Below the pieces are notes generated by a model that ran no database searches, had not been told where the DNA came from, and saw only the letters and a program-made list of their open reading frames with translations. Positions 1-9,321 of a stretch of DNA of 64,000 bases are shown in pieces. Within the stretch, counting starts at the first letter, position 1, and every line of letters begins with the position of its first letter. Origin of the DNA: Candidatus Margulisiibacteriota bacterium. Its GTDB lineage: Bacteria; Margulisbacteria; WOR-1; O2-12-FULL-45-9; XYB2-FULL-48-7. Location of the stretch: the NCBI GenBank assembly GCA_025453605.1, contig JALOPZ010000002.1, forward strand, positions 132,631 through 196,630, in the 5' to 3' direction. Position numbers and translations under genes: made by a program.

Positions 1-1
1 C

Positions 2-418
2 GAGCTGATGGAAGCTTATTCGCTCATTAAACAGGTCGTGAAAAATCTGCCGGATGGGCCGATCGCCGTCCGTGCCCCCCGCAAGATCCCGGCCGGCGAG
101 GCGCTCAGCCGCTACGAGGCGCCGCGCGGCGAGGATGTCCACTACGTCAAATCGAACGGGACCGAGAACCCGGAGCGGGTCAAAGTGCGCGCGCCGACAT
201 TAGCGAACACCCAGGCGATCGCCAAGATGCTGGAAGACCGCTATCTGGCCGACCTGCCGATCGTGGTCGCGGCGATCGACCCGTGCTTCTCCTGCACCGA
301 TCGGGCGATCGAGGTCGAGGGACGAGGGTTGATGTCGTGGGAAAAGCTGCGCCGCTACAGTATCGACTGGTACCGGGCGCAGGGAGTGGATTTTAGGAAT
401 GTTAAGCGCGTTATTTAA
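2..418 (+). CDS. Group 4 energy-converting [NiFe]-hydrogenase large subunit, C-terminal fragment (EchE/HycE/NuoD-like); 5' end lies outside the window
   Basis: C-terminal DPCFSCTDR motif (DPCxxCxxR Ni-binding motif of NiFe large subunits). The ORF runs from the window edge. Confidence 0.7.
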   Translation, partial: ELMEAYSLIKQVVKNLPDGPIAVRAPRKIPAGEALSRYEAPRGEDVHYVKSNGTENPERVKVRAPTLANTQAIAKMLEDRYLADLPIVVAAIDPCFSCTDRAIEVEGRGLMSWEKLRRYSIDWYRAQGVDFRNVKRVI

Positions 419-1337
419 TATCCTGATCTTTCCGGGCCTGTTTTTTCTGTCGTTCCTCGGGACGACGGCGGAATATATCGACCGGAAACTGTACGCCCGG
501 TTCCAGAACCGGGTCGGCCCGCCGTGGTTCCAGCCGGTCGCCGACCTGATCAAGCTCTTTGCCAAAAGCGAAGTGATCCCTGAAGAGGCCGATCCGGTGA
601 TGTTTCGGGTCGTGCCGCTGGTCGCCCTGGCGGCCACGGTCACCGCTTTTCTCTACATCCCGATCTGGGGGACCGAGGCACTTTACTATTTCAAGGGCGA
701 CCTGATCGTCATCATCTACCTGCTGACCCTGCCGACCTTTACCTTTTTCCTCGGCGGCTGGTATTCGCGCTCGCTCTATGCCACGATCGGCGCGATCCGC
801 TCGGTGACGCAGCTCTTTGCCTACGAGATCCCGCTGCTGCTCGCTGTGCTGGCGCCGGCGCTCCTGGCCAACACCTGGTCGCTGTCGGAGATGACCGAGT
901 ATTATACGGTCCATCCCTGGTACTGGCTTTTTAATCTGGTCGGTTTCGGCGTCGCGCTGATCGCTCTGCTCGGCAAGCTGGAACGGGTGCCGTTCGACAG
1001 CCCCGAAGCGGAGACCGAGATCGTCGCCGGCAGCTTTACCGAGTACAGCGGCCGGTTCCTCGGTTGGTTCCGCTGGGCGATCGATGTGGAGGCGGTGGTC
1101 GGCGCTTCGCTCCTGGCGGCGGTTTTTCTCCCCTTTGGCCTCAGCCTTTGGCCCCCGTTGGTCTTTGGTCTGTACCTCCTGAAGATCCTGTTCATCCTCT
1201 GTCTGCTGACCCTGGCCCGGACCGTCATGGCCCGCCTGCGGATCGATCAGATGATCGACTTTTGCTGGCGGATCCTGGCCCCGGTCGCTTTTTTCCAGCT
1301 GATCTTTGACCTGATCATTAAGGAGCTGATCCTCTGA
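399..1337 (+). CDS. Hydrogenase membrane subunit, NuoH/HycD/EchB family
   Basis: Polytopic membrane protein with an RFQNRVGPP motif typical of the NuoH/HycD family. Its start overlaps the large-subunit gene. Confidence 0.7.
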   Translation: MLSALFNILIFPGLFFLSFLGTTAEYIDRKLYARFQNRVGPPWFQPVADLIKLFAKSEVIPEEADPVMFRVVPLVALAATVTAFLYIPIWGTEALYYFKGDLIVIIYLLTLPTFTFFLGGWYSRSLYATIGAIRSVTQLFAYEIPLLLAVLAPALLANTWSLSEMTEYYTVHPWYWLFNLVGFGVALIALLGKLERVPFDSPEAETEIVAGSFTEYSGRFLGWFRWAIDVEAVVGASLLAAVFLPFGLSLWPPLVFGLYLLKILFILCLLTLARTVMARLRIDQMIDFCWRILAPVAFFQLIFDLIIKELIL

Positions 1338-1738
1338 TGGCCAAGAAATTCTTTATTCGCCCCGGCGCGATGATCGCCCTGGTGCTCAAAACCTTGTTCC
1401 AGAAGCCGGCGACGGTCGATTACCCGAACAAGCCGCTGCCGATGCCGGAGCATTTTCGGGGCAAACTCGATTTTATGCCTGAGAAGTGTATCGGCTGCCT
1501 GCTCTGCATGAAGGATTGCCCGACCGATGCGATCGAGATCAAGAAGCTCGGCGACAAGAAGTTCGAGATGGATATCGACCTGGGGAAGTGCATCTACTGC
1601 GGCCAGTGCGTTGACTCTTGCTTGAAAAAAGCGCTGGCGATCACCCCGAACTTCGAACTGGCCCAGTTCTCCCACGACAAACTGAGGGTCGTTTTTAATG
1701 CCGCTGGATCTCCGGACGGAACTGACCAAAAGGCTTGA
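1337..1738 (+). CDS. 2x[4Fe-4S] ferredoxin-type hydrogenase subunit (NuoI/EchF-like)
   Basis: Two CxxCxxCxxxCP motifs (CIGCLLCMKDCP and CIYCGQCVDSC). The gene is translationally coupled to the preceding gene. Confidence 0.7.
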   Translation: MAKKFFIRPGAMIALVLKTLFQKPATVDYPNKPLPMPEHFRGKLDFMPEKCIGCLLCMKDCPTDAIEIKKLGDKKFEMDIDLGKCIYCGQCVDSCLKKALAITPNFELAQFSHDKLRVVFNAAGSPDGTDQKA

Positions 1739-2177
1739 CGGGGCAGGGCACATTGTCCTGCTGGCGGTCGGCTCCGAGCTGCGCGGCGACGACGCGGCCG
1801 GCCTGCTGGTCGCCGCCGAGCTGAAGAACTTGCCGCAACTGACCGTTTTGATCGGCGGGACCGCGCCGGAAAATCTGACCGGCCAGATCAAGAAGCTAAA
1901 ACCGTCGCACCTCATAATCGTTGACGCGGCTGAACTCAAGGAAGCCACTGGTACGGTCCGGCTGGTGGAATTAGAGGAGATCGGCGGTTTTTCCTTTTCG
2001 ACCCACGCGCTGCCGCTTAAAGTGATGATCGATTTTATCCTGCAGGACCACCACTGCGCGGTCTTGATCGTGGCCATTCAGCCAAAAGACACCACATTCG
2101 GGGCGCCGGTCGACCCGGCCGTTAGCCGGGCCGCCGCGCAGGTAGCGGCCGATCTAACCGCTGCTATTTCTTCTTAG
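1698..2177 (+). CDS. Hydrogenase maturation endopeptidase (HycI/HyaD family)
   Basis: GDDAAG motif (GDDGxG of hydrogenase maturation proteases), ~160 aa, directly downstream of the hydrogenase structural genes. Confidence 0.65.
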   Translation: MPLDLRTELTKRLDGAGHIVLLAVGSELRGDDAAGLLVAAELKNLPQLTVLIGGTAPENLTGQIKKLKPSHLIIVDAAELKEATGTVRLVELEEIGGFSFSTHALPLKVMIDFILQDHHCAVLIVAIQPKDTTFGAPVDPAVSRAAAQVAADLTAAISS

Positions 2178-2418
2178 CTTTCGGCTCTTGGTCCCGTTCG
2201 ACGGAGATCGTGCATTCGGTCACGAGCGCGGCGACCGCGCCGATGGCGGCCAGGACCGGGGCGAGCAGGGCCCCAACCACGCCGAAAGTCAGCGGGAACG
2301 ACATCAGGTCCTTGCCGTCCTTGTCCTTGATCGTGATCTTGCGGACGTTCCCTTCCTTGATGATCTCCTTGACCTTGGACAGCAGCAGCTCACCGTTAAC
2401 CTTAAATTCTTCAGTCAT
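2164..2418 (-). CDS. DUF4342-family small protein
   Basis: 84 aa. The KEIIKEGNVRKITIKDKDGK...VGALLAPVLAAIGAVAALVTECTI pattern matches the DUF4342 signature. Confidence 0.5.
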   Translation of the reverse strand: MTEEFKVNGELLLSKVKEIIKEGNVRKITIKDKDGKDLMSFPLTFGVVGALLAPVLAAIGAVAALVTECTISVERDQEPKAKKK

Positions 2419-2467
2419 TGCGCACCTCCGGCATCATTATAGTATACTTACCGGCGGAGGTGTAGCG

Positions 2468-2713
2468 ATGAATATTTTGGATCTGGTCTCGATCGGTCTG
2501 GAAGCGGTCGCGGTGGTGATCTGCCTGTTGATCGCCACGCAAAAAAATAAAAGCTGGGCCTGGTTCCTGGCGTTGACGTTCGCGATCTATGTCGGCTATG
2601 ACCTGGCCCGATATTTTGGCTGGCAGGCGGTCCCGATCCTGTTATACGTCGGGTTCCTGATCGCTTCGCTCTCCGCCGTCTGGGCGGTCTGGCAGATCTA
2701 TCGGAGCAGCTAG
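2468..2713 (+). CDS. Small membrane protein (81 aa, 2 TM), hypothetical
   Basis: An internal ATG at 2468 is preceded by GGAGG. The product has two hydrophobic helices. The longer track ORF upstream has no plausible start context. Confidence 0.35.
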   Translation: MNILDLVSIGLEAVAVVICLLIATQKNKSWAWFLALTFAIYVGYDLARYFGWQAVPILLYVGFLIASLSAVWAVWQIYRSS

Positions 2714-3351
2714 GCTTTTTGTTCGCGCCGGCGTTTGGTCCGCCAGCTGATCGCGGACATGATCAGCGGGATCAGCAGGAAGAGATTGGCGCTGTGCCGG
2801 GGAAAGACCAGCGCGCCGGCCATCGCCAGCAGGGCAATGGCCGGGATCGTCATGCTGGCCAGGAGCGAAGCGTTGATAAAGTCCTCTTCCAGCGGCTGTT
2901 CGGTAAAGCTTTTCCCCTTGACCGCGTACGCCCAGTTGAGCAAAAAGAAAAGACCGATCAGGAAAATGTTACCGGCAAAGAATAGTTCGGCCAGCATTTG
3001 ACCCTCAAAGTCCCCCTCCAGCGACGCCGAAAACGGGATCAGCACGATCGCGGCGAGCAGGCCGATGTTGATCCAGAGCAAGGTCTTGTCTGACCGCTTG
3101 ATGTGGTGGAATTGCTGGTTATGGATCACCCAGAAAACGGCCAGCAGCACAAAGCTGAGCAGAAAATTAAAAAAACGGGGGACCTGGCCGAAGAGCAGGG
3201 CGGAGAGCGGCGTGCCCGAGGCGACAGCCGCGTCGGGGAACTGCAGGTCAAGGACCAGGAGCGTCATCGCAAAGGCGAAGATCCCGTCCGACAGCGCCTC
3301 GATCCGGTTGGTCGACAGGTGATGGTGATGCTCAGCCTGTATTTTTGTCAT
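2710..3351 (-). CDS. TMEM175/DUF1211-family putative K+ channel
   Basis: RIEALSDGIFAFAMTLLVLD signature in TM1, repeated in a 6-TM architecture. Confidence 0.6.
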   Translation of the reverse strand: MTKIQAEHHHHLSTNRIEALSDGIFAFAMTLLVLDLQFPDAAVASGTPLSALLFGQVPRFFNFLLSFVLLAVFWVIHNQQFHHIKRSDKTLLWINIGLLAAIVLIPFSASLEGDFEGQMLAELFFAGNIFLIGLFFLLNWAYAVKGKSFTEQPLEEDFINASLLASMTIPAIALLAMAGALVFPRHSANLFLLIPLIMSAISWRTKRRREQKA

Positions 3352-3393
3352 GGCTATATTATAATCCCGCGGCCGAAGGGCGACAACCGGTGA

Positions 3394-4074
3394 TCACAGT
3401 CGAACCGGCCGGCCGACGGAAAAGATCACCCCTTCGGAGCGGATCGACTCGGTGATCACGTAGCTGCCGTAACCGATCTGCCAGGAGAGGGGGAATTCAG
3501 ATGAGGCCATGTCCTCCTCCAGGCCGGCGTAAAGCCGAAAACCGAGCCCCCCCAAACGGCCTTCCGTGCCGAAAATGTTCAAGGCTAAACCAGCCCCGCA
3601 GTACGGGGTCCGGTCCCAAGCCGAGCGCTCGCGGAAATTGAGCCGCGCCCCCAGATCGAGCGGGACGGAAAAAAAACCGTGAGCGTTAAGTCCGTTGCCG
3701 ATCAGCAACCCGGTCCCGACCAGATATTCCAGCGCATCTTCGGCCAACCCGAGCTGCCGGCCCCACTGTTGCGGGTCACGAATGATCAGGTCGCCGGTCG
3801 CTCCCAGCAGCCCGAACAAGCCTTGCTGCCCTTGCCGGTTGAGAAGATAAAACCCGTTGACCCGGCCGGCGGCTGCCAGCTTGAACAAGCCTTTTTCTTT
3901 TTGATAGACGGGGTATTCGGCTGTCGGCGCTGCCGGGGCCGGCTCGACGATCGCTGATTCCGCATCCGGCGGCACGAGCGGGGTGGTTTGCGGTTGGAAA
4001 TCGAGGGTGGGGGCGGCCGCCCAGACGGCGGACGCCATAATAATCTGACAACAGATGATCGCGCTCTTTTTCAT
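3394..4074 (-). CDS. Secreted hypothetical protein (Gly-rich, beta-rich, possible outer-membrane protein)
   Basis: Signal peptide begins at MKKSAII (start trimmed to 4074). Transcribed divergently from the 4113 gene. Confidence 0.45.
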   Translation of the reverse strand: MKKSAIICCQIIMASAVWAAAPTLDFQPQTTPLVPPDAESAIVEPAPAAPTAEYPVYQKEKGLFKLAAAGRVNGFYLLNRQGQQGLFGLLGATGDLIIRDPQQWGRQLGLAEDALEYLVGTGLLIGNGLNAHGFFSVPLDLGARLNFRERSAWDRTPYCGAGLALNIFGTEGRLGGLGFRLYAGLEEDMASSEFPLSWQIGYGSYVITESIRSEGVIFSVGRPVRL

Positions 4075-4112
4075 CACCGGCAAGAATATCAGTTTTAGGG
4101 TAAAATACAAGG

Positions 4113-6938
4113 GTGATGAATAGGAAGCTGATCTGGCTGGCCTTGATCGCCATTTTACTTTGCCCGGCGGCCGCGGCGGAAATTGAACTGCCGAGCCTGC
4201 GGGCGATCAATGCGACCAACTGGGGAAAGTACTTCAACGAGCTGATGGTCGAACCCGATCCGAGCCGGGGTGAAGTGTTCCTCCTGCCGGCCGATGCTCA
4301 TCTTTTATATCAGGTATTGCCAAAAGGAGTGCCCCTGACGGTCAAATCTTACCGGCCAACGGCCGGTGATCCCTCCTTTCAGCCGGAAAACATCCCCTTG
4401 CTGGCGAGACAGGTTTCCACCCCGGACGATCTGGCCAGATGCCGGCAAATATTGATCAACGCTTCGGCCGAGGCAGTGATCTACCCGGGCCTGAAACGGC
4501 TCTTCCTCCTGGTTGACGGGGTGCCTTACGCCCAGGTAGCGGTGGCGGCCGGGCTGGAGGAGCCATTCCTGCCGCCGGGCGAGAATTTCCTGGCCCGGCC
4601 CGCTCCGGCGGGCAACTATCGGCTCAGCGAGAAGAGCGACCATTATTTAAGCGGAACTTATTATGACCGATCCGTTATCCCCTTTGGGGCGTGGTTGCGG
4701 CCGATCAAAGGGATCTGGTCTTATGAGAAAGGCGGATATTGGTTCCGGGTGCCGGCCGCGGTGGCTGATGATCTGCAAGCCGTTCCCGCCCGCCGCCGCT
4801 TCCGTTATTACGACGCGAATCTGGATAACGACGGACGGCTGCTCGCTGCCCGCTGGGGCAACAATGAATTCGGGCGTTACGCGCTCTTCTGGACAGCCCG
4901 CGGCGGGCTCGGATACCCTTACTGCGCTTACGCGCCGGACAACGCGGTCTACGACCAGGTAATGCTGACCAAATGCCTGGTGCAGCTGCTGACGGCGCCG
5001 GGGAGCGATGATTTGGGCGACCGCCTGGCGGCTAATACTGATCTCCGCCGCTGGCAGGCGCTCGCCGGCTATCTGGCCGCCGGCGGGACCGTCCTTTCTT
5101 CAGCCGAAGAAGAGGGAGTCAGATTATTAAGTGAAAATATTCTTCCCCGGGAGAGCGAGGCGCGGCAGCGCGCGCTGGGTCAGTATTACCAGGCCGAGCG
5201 GAAAACGCTAGCTTATCGACGCCGGGTCAAATGGCTGGAGAAGGTCAGCCGCGAATGGCAATTCCTCCGCCAGCTGCGTGAGCAGCTTCGCGCCGATTTC
5301 GACCGGCTGGGTATTTATGCTCTGCAGAACAGGGAGAACATCCTGGAAAACTGGTTAACCGAACGGCTGGAGTGCCGTTTGGTCAGTCCGCCGACTGGCG
5401 CCAAGTATCTGCTGCCGCCGACCTTCAATGCCTTTTTCCGGCCCCAGACCAAGCCGTCGCTCTTTGACGTTCGCGAACGGGCGGTGATGAAGGAGCTGAT
5501 CAGGCGGGCGGTCAGCGGCGAGGTCGGCGGTTTGGCGCTCCGTTCGGTCGTTGCGCTTAACAGTTATAATTTCGGCCGGATCCTGAACGATATCCTGGGC
5601 GATCTGTACAAGAGCCACGGCTGCATTCACGTTTCGCCGCGCAATAGCTATTTTCTTTATGAACTGATCCCGCCCGGGGCGGCGCTGGTCGTCCACCCGT
5701 ACAGTGCAGTGATCAGCGCCGAAACGCTGGCGGCTGTCCCCCCATTTGCCGACCTGATCAATCACCAGGATGATCTGGAGCGGCTTAAACCGGAGTTCGC
5801 CGATCCCAAGGCGGTCCGGCTCGACGTCTACCCGAGCTCCGGCAGCTGGCTCATCAGCCTCAAGGGTAAACCGCTGTCGACGATCTTTGTGAAGGGTGGC
5901 GGCCAGAAAGTGATGAGAATGATGCAGGGGCGGGATGATAAGGGGCGGCCCATTTTTGAAAAAGCGCTCGCTTATCCGACCTCGCCGGGGCGTTTCCGGA
6001 TCCTCAAGCGGACCCGGGATTACGTCTCCAAGCTCTACTACGACCAGACGATCGTTCCGCAGGGTGGCGAGATCGTCCGCCAGGGCGACGGTTGGCAGTT
6101 TACGGACGCGGCGGGAAAACGGCGGCCTTTGCCCAAGCCGCTGGCCGCCGACCTGAATAGCCCGGAAGAAGCCCGGGAATACAGATTTTTCGATCCCCGG
6201 ACCAATGCCAGCGGCGAAGTGGTCAGTATTCGCTGGGGGAGCCATCCATTCGGGACTTACGCTCTGCAGTCGACCAAAGACGGTAAAACACCCTGGCCGG
6301 AGCTGATTCATTCGTCCGGCGACCTGATCATGGAAGAACGGCAGCTGATCGATGATCTGATCCTGATCATGTCCGCTCCCTACGACGAGCTTGATCATTG
6401 TCTGGAGAACAGCGGTGATTTCCAGACCTACAAGACCTGCTACGAACTGGCCAGCGGGACCGGCTCGGGCGAGTCACTCGGCGACCTGGTCAGAGGGAGT
6501 TATAAGCTCCACTACGGGAAACCGTTGACTGCCGGCGAAGAGGCGACTCTGGACCCCGACATGATCGCTGCCTGCCGGTATGATCGGGGCGAAAAACTGA
6601 CTACATCTGAGGAGGCGGCGCTGATCACCGCGGGAGTGGCGGTCAGAAAACAGGGAAAACTGAAAGTCGACCGGCCGAAACTGGCCGGACTGGTCTACGA
6701 TAATTACCAATTCGCGGTGGCGATCGAGAAATACGCTCATCATTATGCGACCGTTCGGCGCTACTGGCCGGAGCTGGCGCAACTGCGCCAGGCGCTCCTG
6801 CTCGATTTTAACGACCTGGTGATCAAAGACCCCCTCATCTTCCAGTCATTCATTCGTGAATTGATGCTGGCGCGGACCCGGCTGGAGCAATTAACGCCCG
6901 ATCAGGCGCTGCGGGAGCTGGCCCGTTTAACCGACTGA
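4113..6938 (+). CDS. Large secreted protein (941 aa) containing an L,D-transpeptidase (YkuD) catalytic domain
   Basis: N-terminal signal peptide. YKSHGCIHVSPRNSYFLYELIPPGAALVV matches the SHGC(I/V) active-site motif of L,D-transpeptidases. A TSPGRFRI motif lies further along the protein. Confidence 0.6.
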   Translation: MMNRKLIWLALIAILLCPAAAAEIELPSLRAINATNWGKYFNELMVEPDPSRGEVFLLPADAHLLYQVLPKGVPLTVKSYRPTAGDPSFQPENIPLLARQVSTPDDLARCRQILINASAEAVIYPGLKRLFLLVDGVPYAQVAVAAGLEEPFLPPGENFLARPAPAGNYRLSEKSDHYLSGTYYDRSVIPFGAWLRPIKGIWSYEKGGYWFRVPAAVADDLQAVPARRRFRYYDANLDNDGRLLAARWGNNEFGRYALFWTARGGLGYPYCAYAPDNAVYDQVMLTKCLVQLLTAPGSDDLGDRLAANTDLRRWQALAGYLAAGGTVLSSAEEEGVRLLSENILPRESEARQRALGQYYQAERKTLAYRRRVKWLEKVSREWQFLRQLREQLRADFDRLGIYALQNRENILENWLTERLECRLVSPPTGAKYLLPPTFNAFFRPQTKPSLFDVRERAVMKELIRRAVSGEVGGLALRSVVALNSYNFGRILNDILGDLYKSHGCIHVSPRNSYFLYELIPPGAALVVHPYSAVISAETLAAVPPFADLINHQDDLERLKPEFADPKAVRLDVYPSSGSWLISLKGKPLSTIFVKGGGQKVMRMMQGRDDKGRPIFEKALAYPTSPGRFRILKRTRDYVSKLYYDQTIVPQGGEIVRQGDGWQFTDAAGKRRPLPKPLAADLNSPEEAREYRFFDPRTNASGEVVSIRWGSHPFGTYALQSTKDGKTPWPELIHSSGDLIMEERQLIDDLILIMSAPYDELDHCLENSGDFQTYKTCYELASGTGSGESLGDLVRGSYKLHYGKPLTAGEEATLDPDMIAACRYDRGEKLTTSEEAALITAGVAVRKQGKLKVDRPKLAGLVYDNYQFAVAIEKYAHHYATVRRYWPELAQLRQALLLDFNDLVIKDPLIFQSFIRELMLARTRLEQLTPDQALRELARLTD

Positions 6939-6960
6939 AACTGTGTTATAATAGCTGATC

Positions 6961-8175
6961 ATGCCACACACGAACTTTTTCGGCCTGGGGATCGCCCCGG
7001 GATTGCTGGATGTCCTGCAAAAGCTCAAATTTGTTACGCCGACGCCGATCCAGGCGAAGGCGATACCGACCGCGATCGAAGGGAAAGACCTGATCGGGGT
7101 TGCCCAGACCGGGACCGGCAAGACGCTCGCTTTCGGTGTCCCGATGATCCAGCGGTTAGCCGGTTTACGGGGCAAGGGTTTGGTTCTGGCCCCGACCAGG
7201 GAGTTGGCTTTGCAGATCGACGACGCGCTCCGCCCGTTCGTTAATTCCGCTAACATCCGGACAGCCGTCCTGATCGGCGGCGCTTCCATGCATTTACAGG
7301 TGCAAGCGCTCCGCCGCCAGCCGCGGATCATTGTGGCCACACCGGGCCGACTTAATGATCATCTTGAACAGCGGACGGTCAACCTTTCCGATGTTAATAT
7401 TCTGGTCCTGGACGAGGCCGACCGGATGCTGGACATGGGTTTTGCCCCGCAGATCTCCCGGATCGTCCGTCATATCCCGCCCGACCGGCAAACGCTCCTT
7501 TTTTCGGCGACCATGCCGAGTTCGATCATCAACCTGGCCCGCTCGTACATGAAGCTGCCGGTCCAGGTGGAAGTCGCGCCCGCCGGGACCGCGGCGGAGA
7601 ATGTCACCCAGGAGGTCTTCTTTATCCGCAAGGAAGACAAGCCCAAGCTCCTCGGCAAGATGCTGGAGCAGTACCGCGGCACTGTCCTGATCTTTTCCCG
7701 GACCAAGCGGGGCGCTTCGCGGATCGCCCGCGGTTTAAAGGGGATGGGCCATAACGCCGCCGAGATCCATTCCGACCGGTCGCTCGCCCAGCGCAAGGAA
7801 GCGCTGCAGGGGTTCAAAACCGGCAAGTACCGGATCCTGGTCGCGACCGATATCGCCGCCCGGGGGATCGATGTCACCGGGATCGAACTGGTGGTCAACT
7901 ACGACCTGCCCGATGACGCGGAAAATTATGTTCACCGGATCGGCCGAACCGGCCGGGCGGGGCAGGAGGGGCGGGCGGTTTCGTTCGCTACCCCGGAACA
8001 AAGCAGCGACGTTCGCAATATCGAAAAACTGATGCGGACCGCCCTGCCGGTCGCCAAGCATCCGGAACTGTCGGTGGAAGTGATGCAACCAAAACAGGCG
8101 CCCCCGACGATCGGGACGCACTGGCGCCAGCGGGGACTGAGCTCTTACGGCGCGCGCCACCGGCGCCGGCGCTGA
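6961..8175 (+). CDS. DEAD-box ATP-dependent RNA helicase
   Basis: Helicase motifs AQTGTGKT (Walker A), PTRELA, DEAD (VLDEADRMLDMGF), SAT and HRIGRTGRAG, plus an Arg-rich C-terminal tail. Confidence 0.85.
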   Translation: MPHTNFFGLGIAPGLLDVLQKLKFVTPTPIQAKAIPTAIEGKDLIGVAQTGTGKTLAFGVPMIQRLAGLRGKGLVLAPTRELALQIDDALRPFVNSANIRTAVLIGGASMHLQVQALRRQPRIIVATPGRLNDHLEQRTVNLSDVNILVLDEADRMLDMGFAPQISRIVRHIPPDRQTLLFSATMPSSIINLARSYMKLPVQVEVAPAGTAAENVTQEVFFIRKEDKPKLLGKMLEQYRGTVLIFSRTKRGASRIARGLKGMGHNAAEIHSDRSLAQRKEALQGFKTGKYRILVATDIAARGIDVTGIELVVNYDLPDDAENYVHRIGRTGRAGQEGRAVSFATPEQSSDVRNIEKLMRTALPVAKHPELSVEVMQPKQAPPTIGTHWRQRGLSSYGARHRRRR

Positions 8176-8181
8176 CAACTG

Positions 8182-9120
8182 ATGCGGCTCCGCCCGATCG
8201 CTTTTTTTCTGGCTCTTTTGTTGCTCGCGCCCGCCTGGTCCAAACAACCGCCTGAGTTCGATCCTGAGTCGCTGCCGGAGATCGCCGCGCAGAAATTCGA
8301 CGGTCGGGACCTCCAGATCGTCAAAACGCTGGCCAAGAACGCTGTTTATACCCGGTACCTGATCAGTTACCGGAGCGGCCAGCTAAAGATCTCCGGCATC
8401 ATGAACGTGCCGGCCGGGCCAGGCCCGTTCCCGGTCGTTATCACCAACCACGGCTACATCTCGCCGCGGATCTACACCGTCGGACGCGGCCTGAAACGAG
8501 AACAGGATTACCTGGCCCGGCGCGGGTTTGTCGTTATCCATCCCGACTACCGGAACCATGGCCTGTCGGATAAGGACCCGGAAAGCGAGAACGGCTTGCG
8601 CCTGGGTTATGTTGAGGATGTGATCAACGCTGTTCTGGCGGTCAAACAAAGTGATTATCAATTTCTGGACAAGGAAAAGATCGGTATGATGGGCCATTCG
8701 CTCGGCGGCGGGATCTGCCTTAACATCATGACGACCAAGCCGGACCTGATCAAAGCCTTTGTCCTCTACGCGCCGGTCAGTGCCGATTACATTGATAATT
8801 TCAATCGTTGGGGGCGGAGTAACCGGGAAACAGCCGAAAGTTTGCTCGCCAAATACGGTTCGCCGGAACCGACCGCTGCTTTTTGGCACAACATGTCTGC
8901 GATCAACTATCTGGACAGGGTGGCTGTGCCGGTCCAGCTGCACCACGGGACCAGGGATGAATCGTGTTATATTGAGTGGTCAGACCGGCTGGCGGCCGCG
9001 CTGAAAGCCAAAGGGAAGAACGTTGCCTATTACCGCTATCCGGGCGAACGCCACGAATTCGGCCCGCAGTGGACGCAGTTCATGGCCCGGACGGCCAAAT
9101 ATTTTCACGATCTGCTATAA
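8182..9120 (+). CDS. Secreted alpha/beta hydrolase (S9 prolyl-oligopeptidase / dienelactone hydrolase family)
   Basis: Signal peptide, GHSLGG nucleophile elbow, downstream Asp/His residues. Confidence 0.6.
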   Translation: MRLRPIAFFLALLLLAPAWSKQPPEFDPESLPEIAAQKFDGRDLQIVKTLAKNAVYTRYLISYRSGQLKISGIMNVPAGPGPFPVVITNHGYISPRIYTVGRGLKREQDYLARRGFVVIHPDYRNHGLSDKDPESENGLRLGYVEDVINAVLAVKQSDYQFLDKEKIGMMGHSLGGGICLNIMTTKPDLIKAFVLYAPVSADYIDNFNRWGRSNRETAESLLAKYGSPEPTAAFWHNMSAINYLDRVAVPVQLHHGTRDESCYIEWSDRLAAALKAKGKNVAYYRYPGERHEFGPQWTQFMARTAKYFHDLL

Positions 9121-9153
9121 TAGCAAATCAACGAATGAGAAGGGGGCTGAAAA

Positions 9154-9321
9154 ATGATCGCAGAAAGAAGTGAGTTCAAAGGGAAGCCGACGCTGGTCCT
9201 GAAACGGGGCGAGGATGAGAAATATCCGTTCTCCTTCGGCTTGATGAAAGCCAAGATGATCCTGGAGCACCTCGAGGACATTAAAAAGTTCGTCGCGGAG
9301 AACGATAAAGCGGCCGCTTAA
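9154..9321 (+). CDS. Small ORF (55 aa), hypothetical; absent from the ORF track because it is <60 aa
   Basis: ATG preceded by GAGAAGGGGG. The ORF exactly fills the gap between the flanking genes and its stop overlaps the end of the 9318 gene. Confidence 0.25.
   Translation: MIAERSEFKGKPTLVLKRGEDEKYPFSFGLMKAKMILEHLEDIKKFVAENDKAAA

Noticed and set aside
5355-6398. A 347-aa minus-strand ORF inside the 941-aa LDT-domain gene. Similar long antisense ORFs occur at 411..914, 1247..2077, 17285..18163, 18596..19120, 40782..41627, 42501..43079, 51663..53045, 54385..55299 and 56391..57731.
   Set aside because: These are shadow ORFs in GC-rich DNA on the opposite strand of genes with clear family signatures. 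Their compositions are Arg/Pro/Gly-rich and low-complexity, with no motifs. They reflect high-GC codon bias, not coding.
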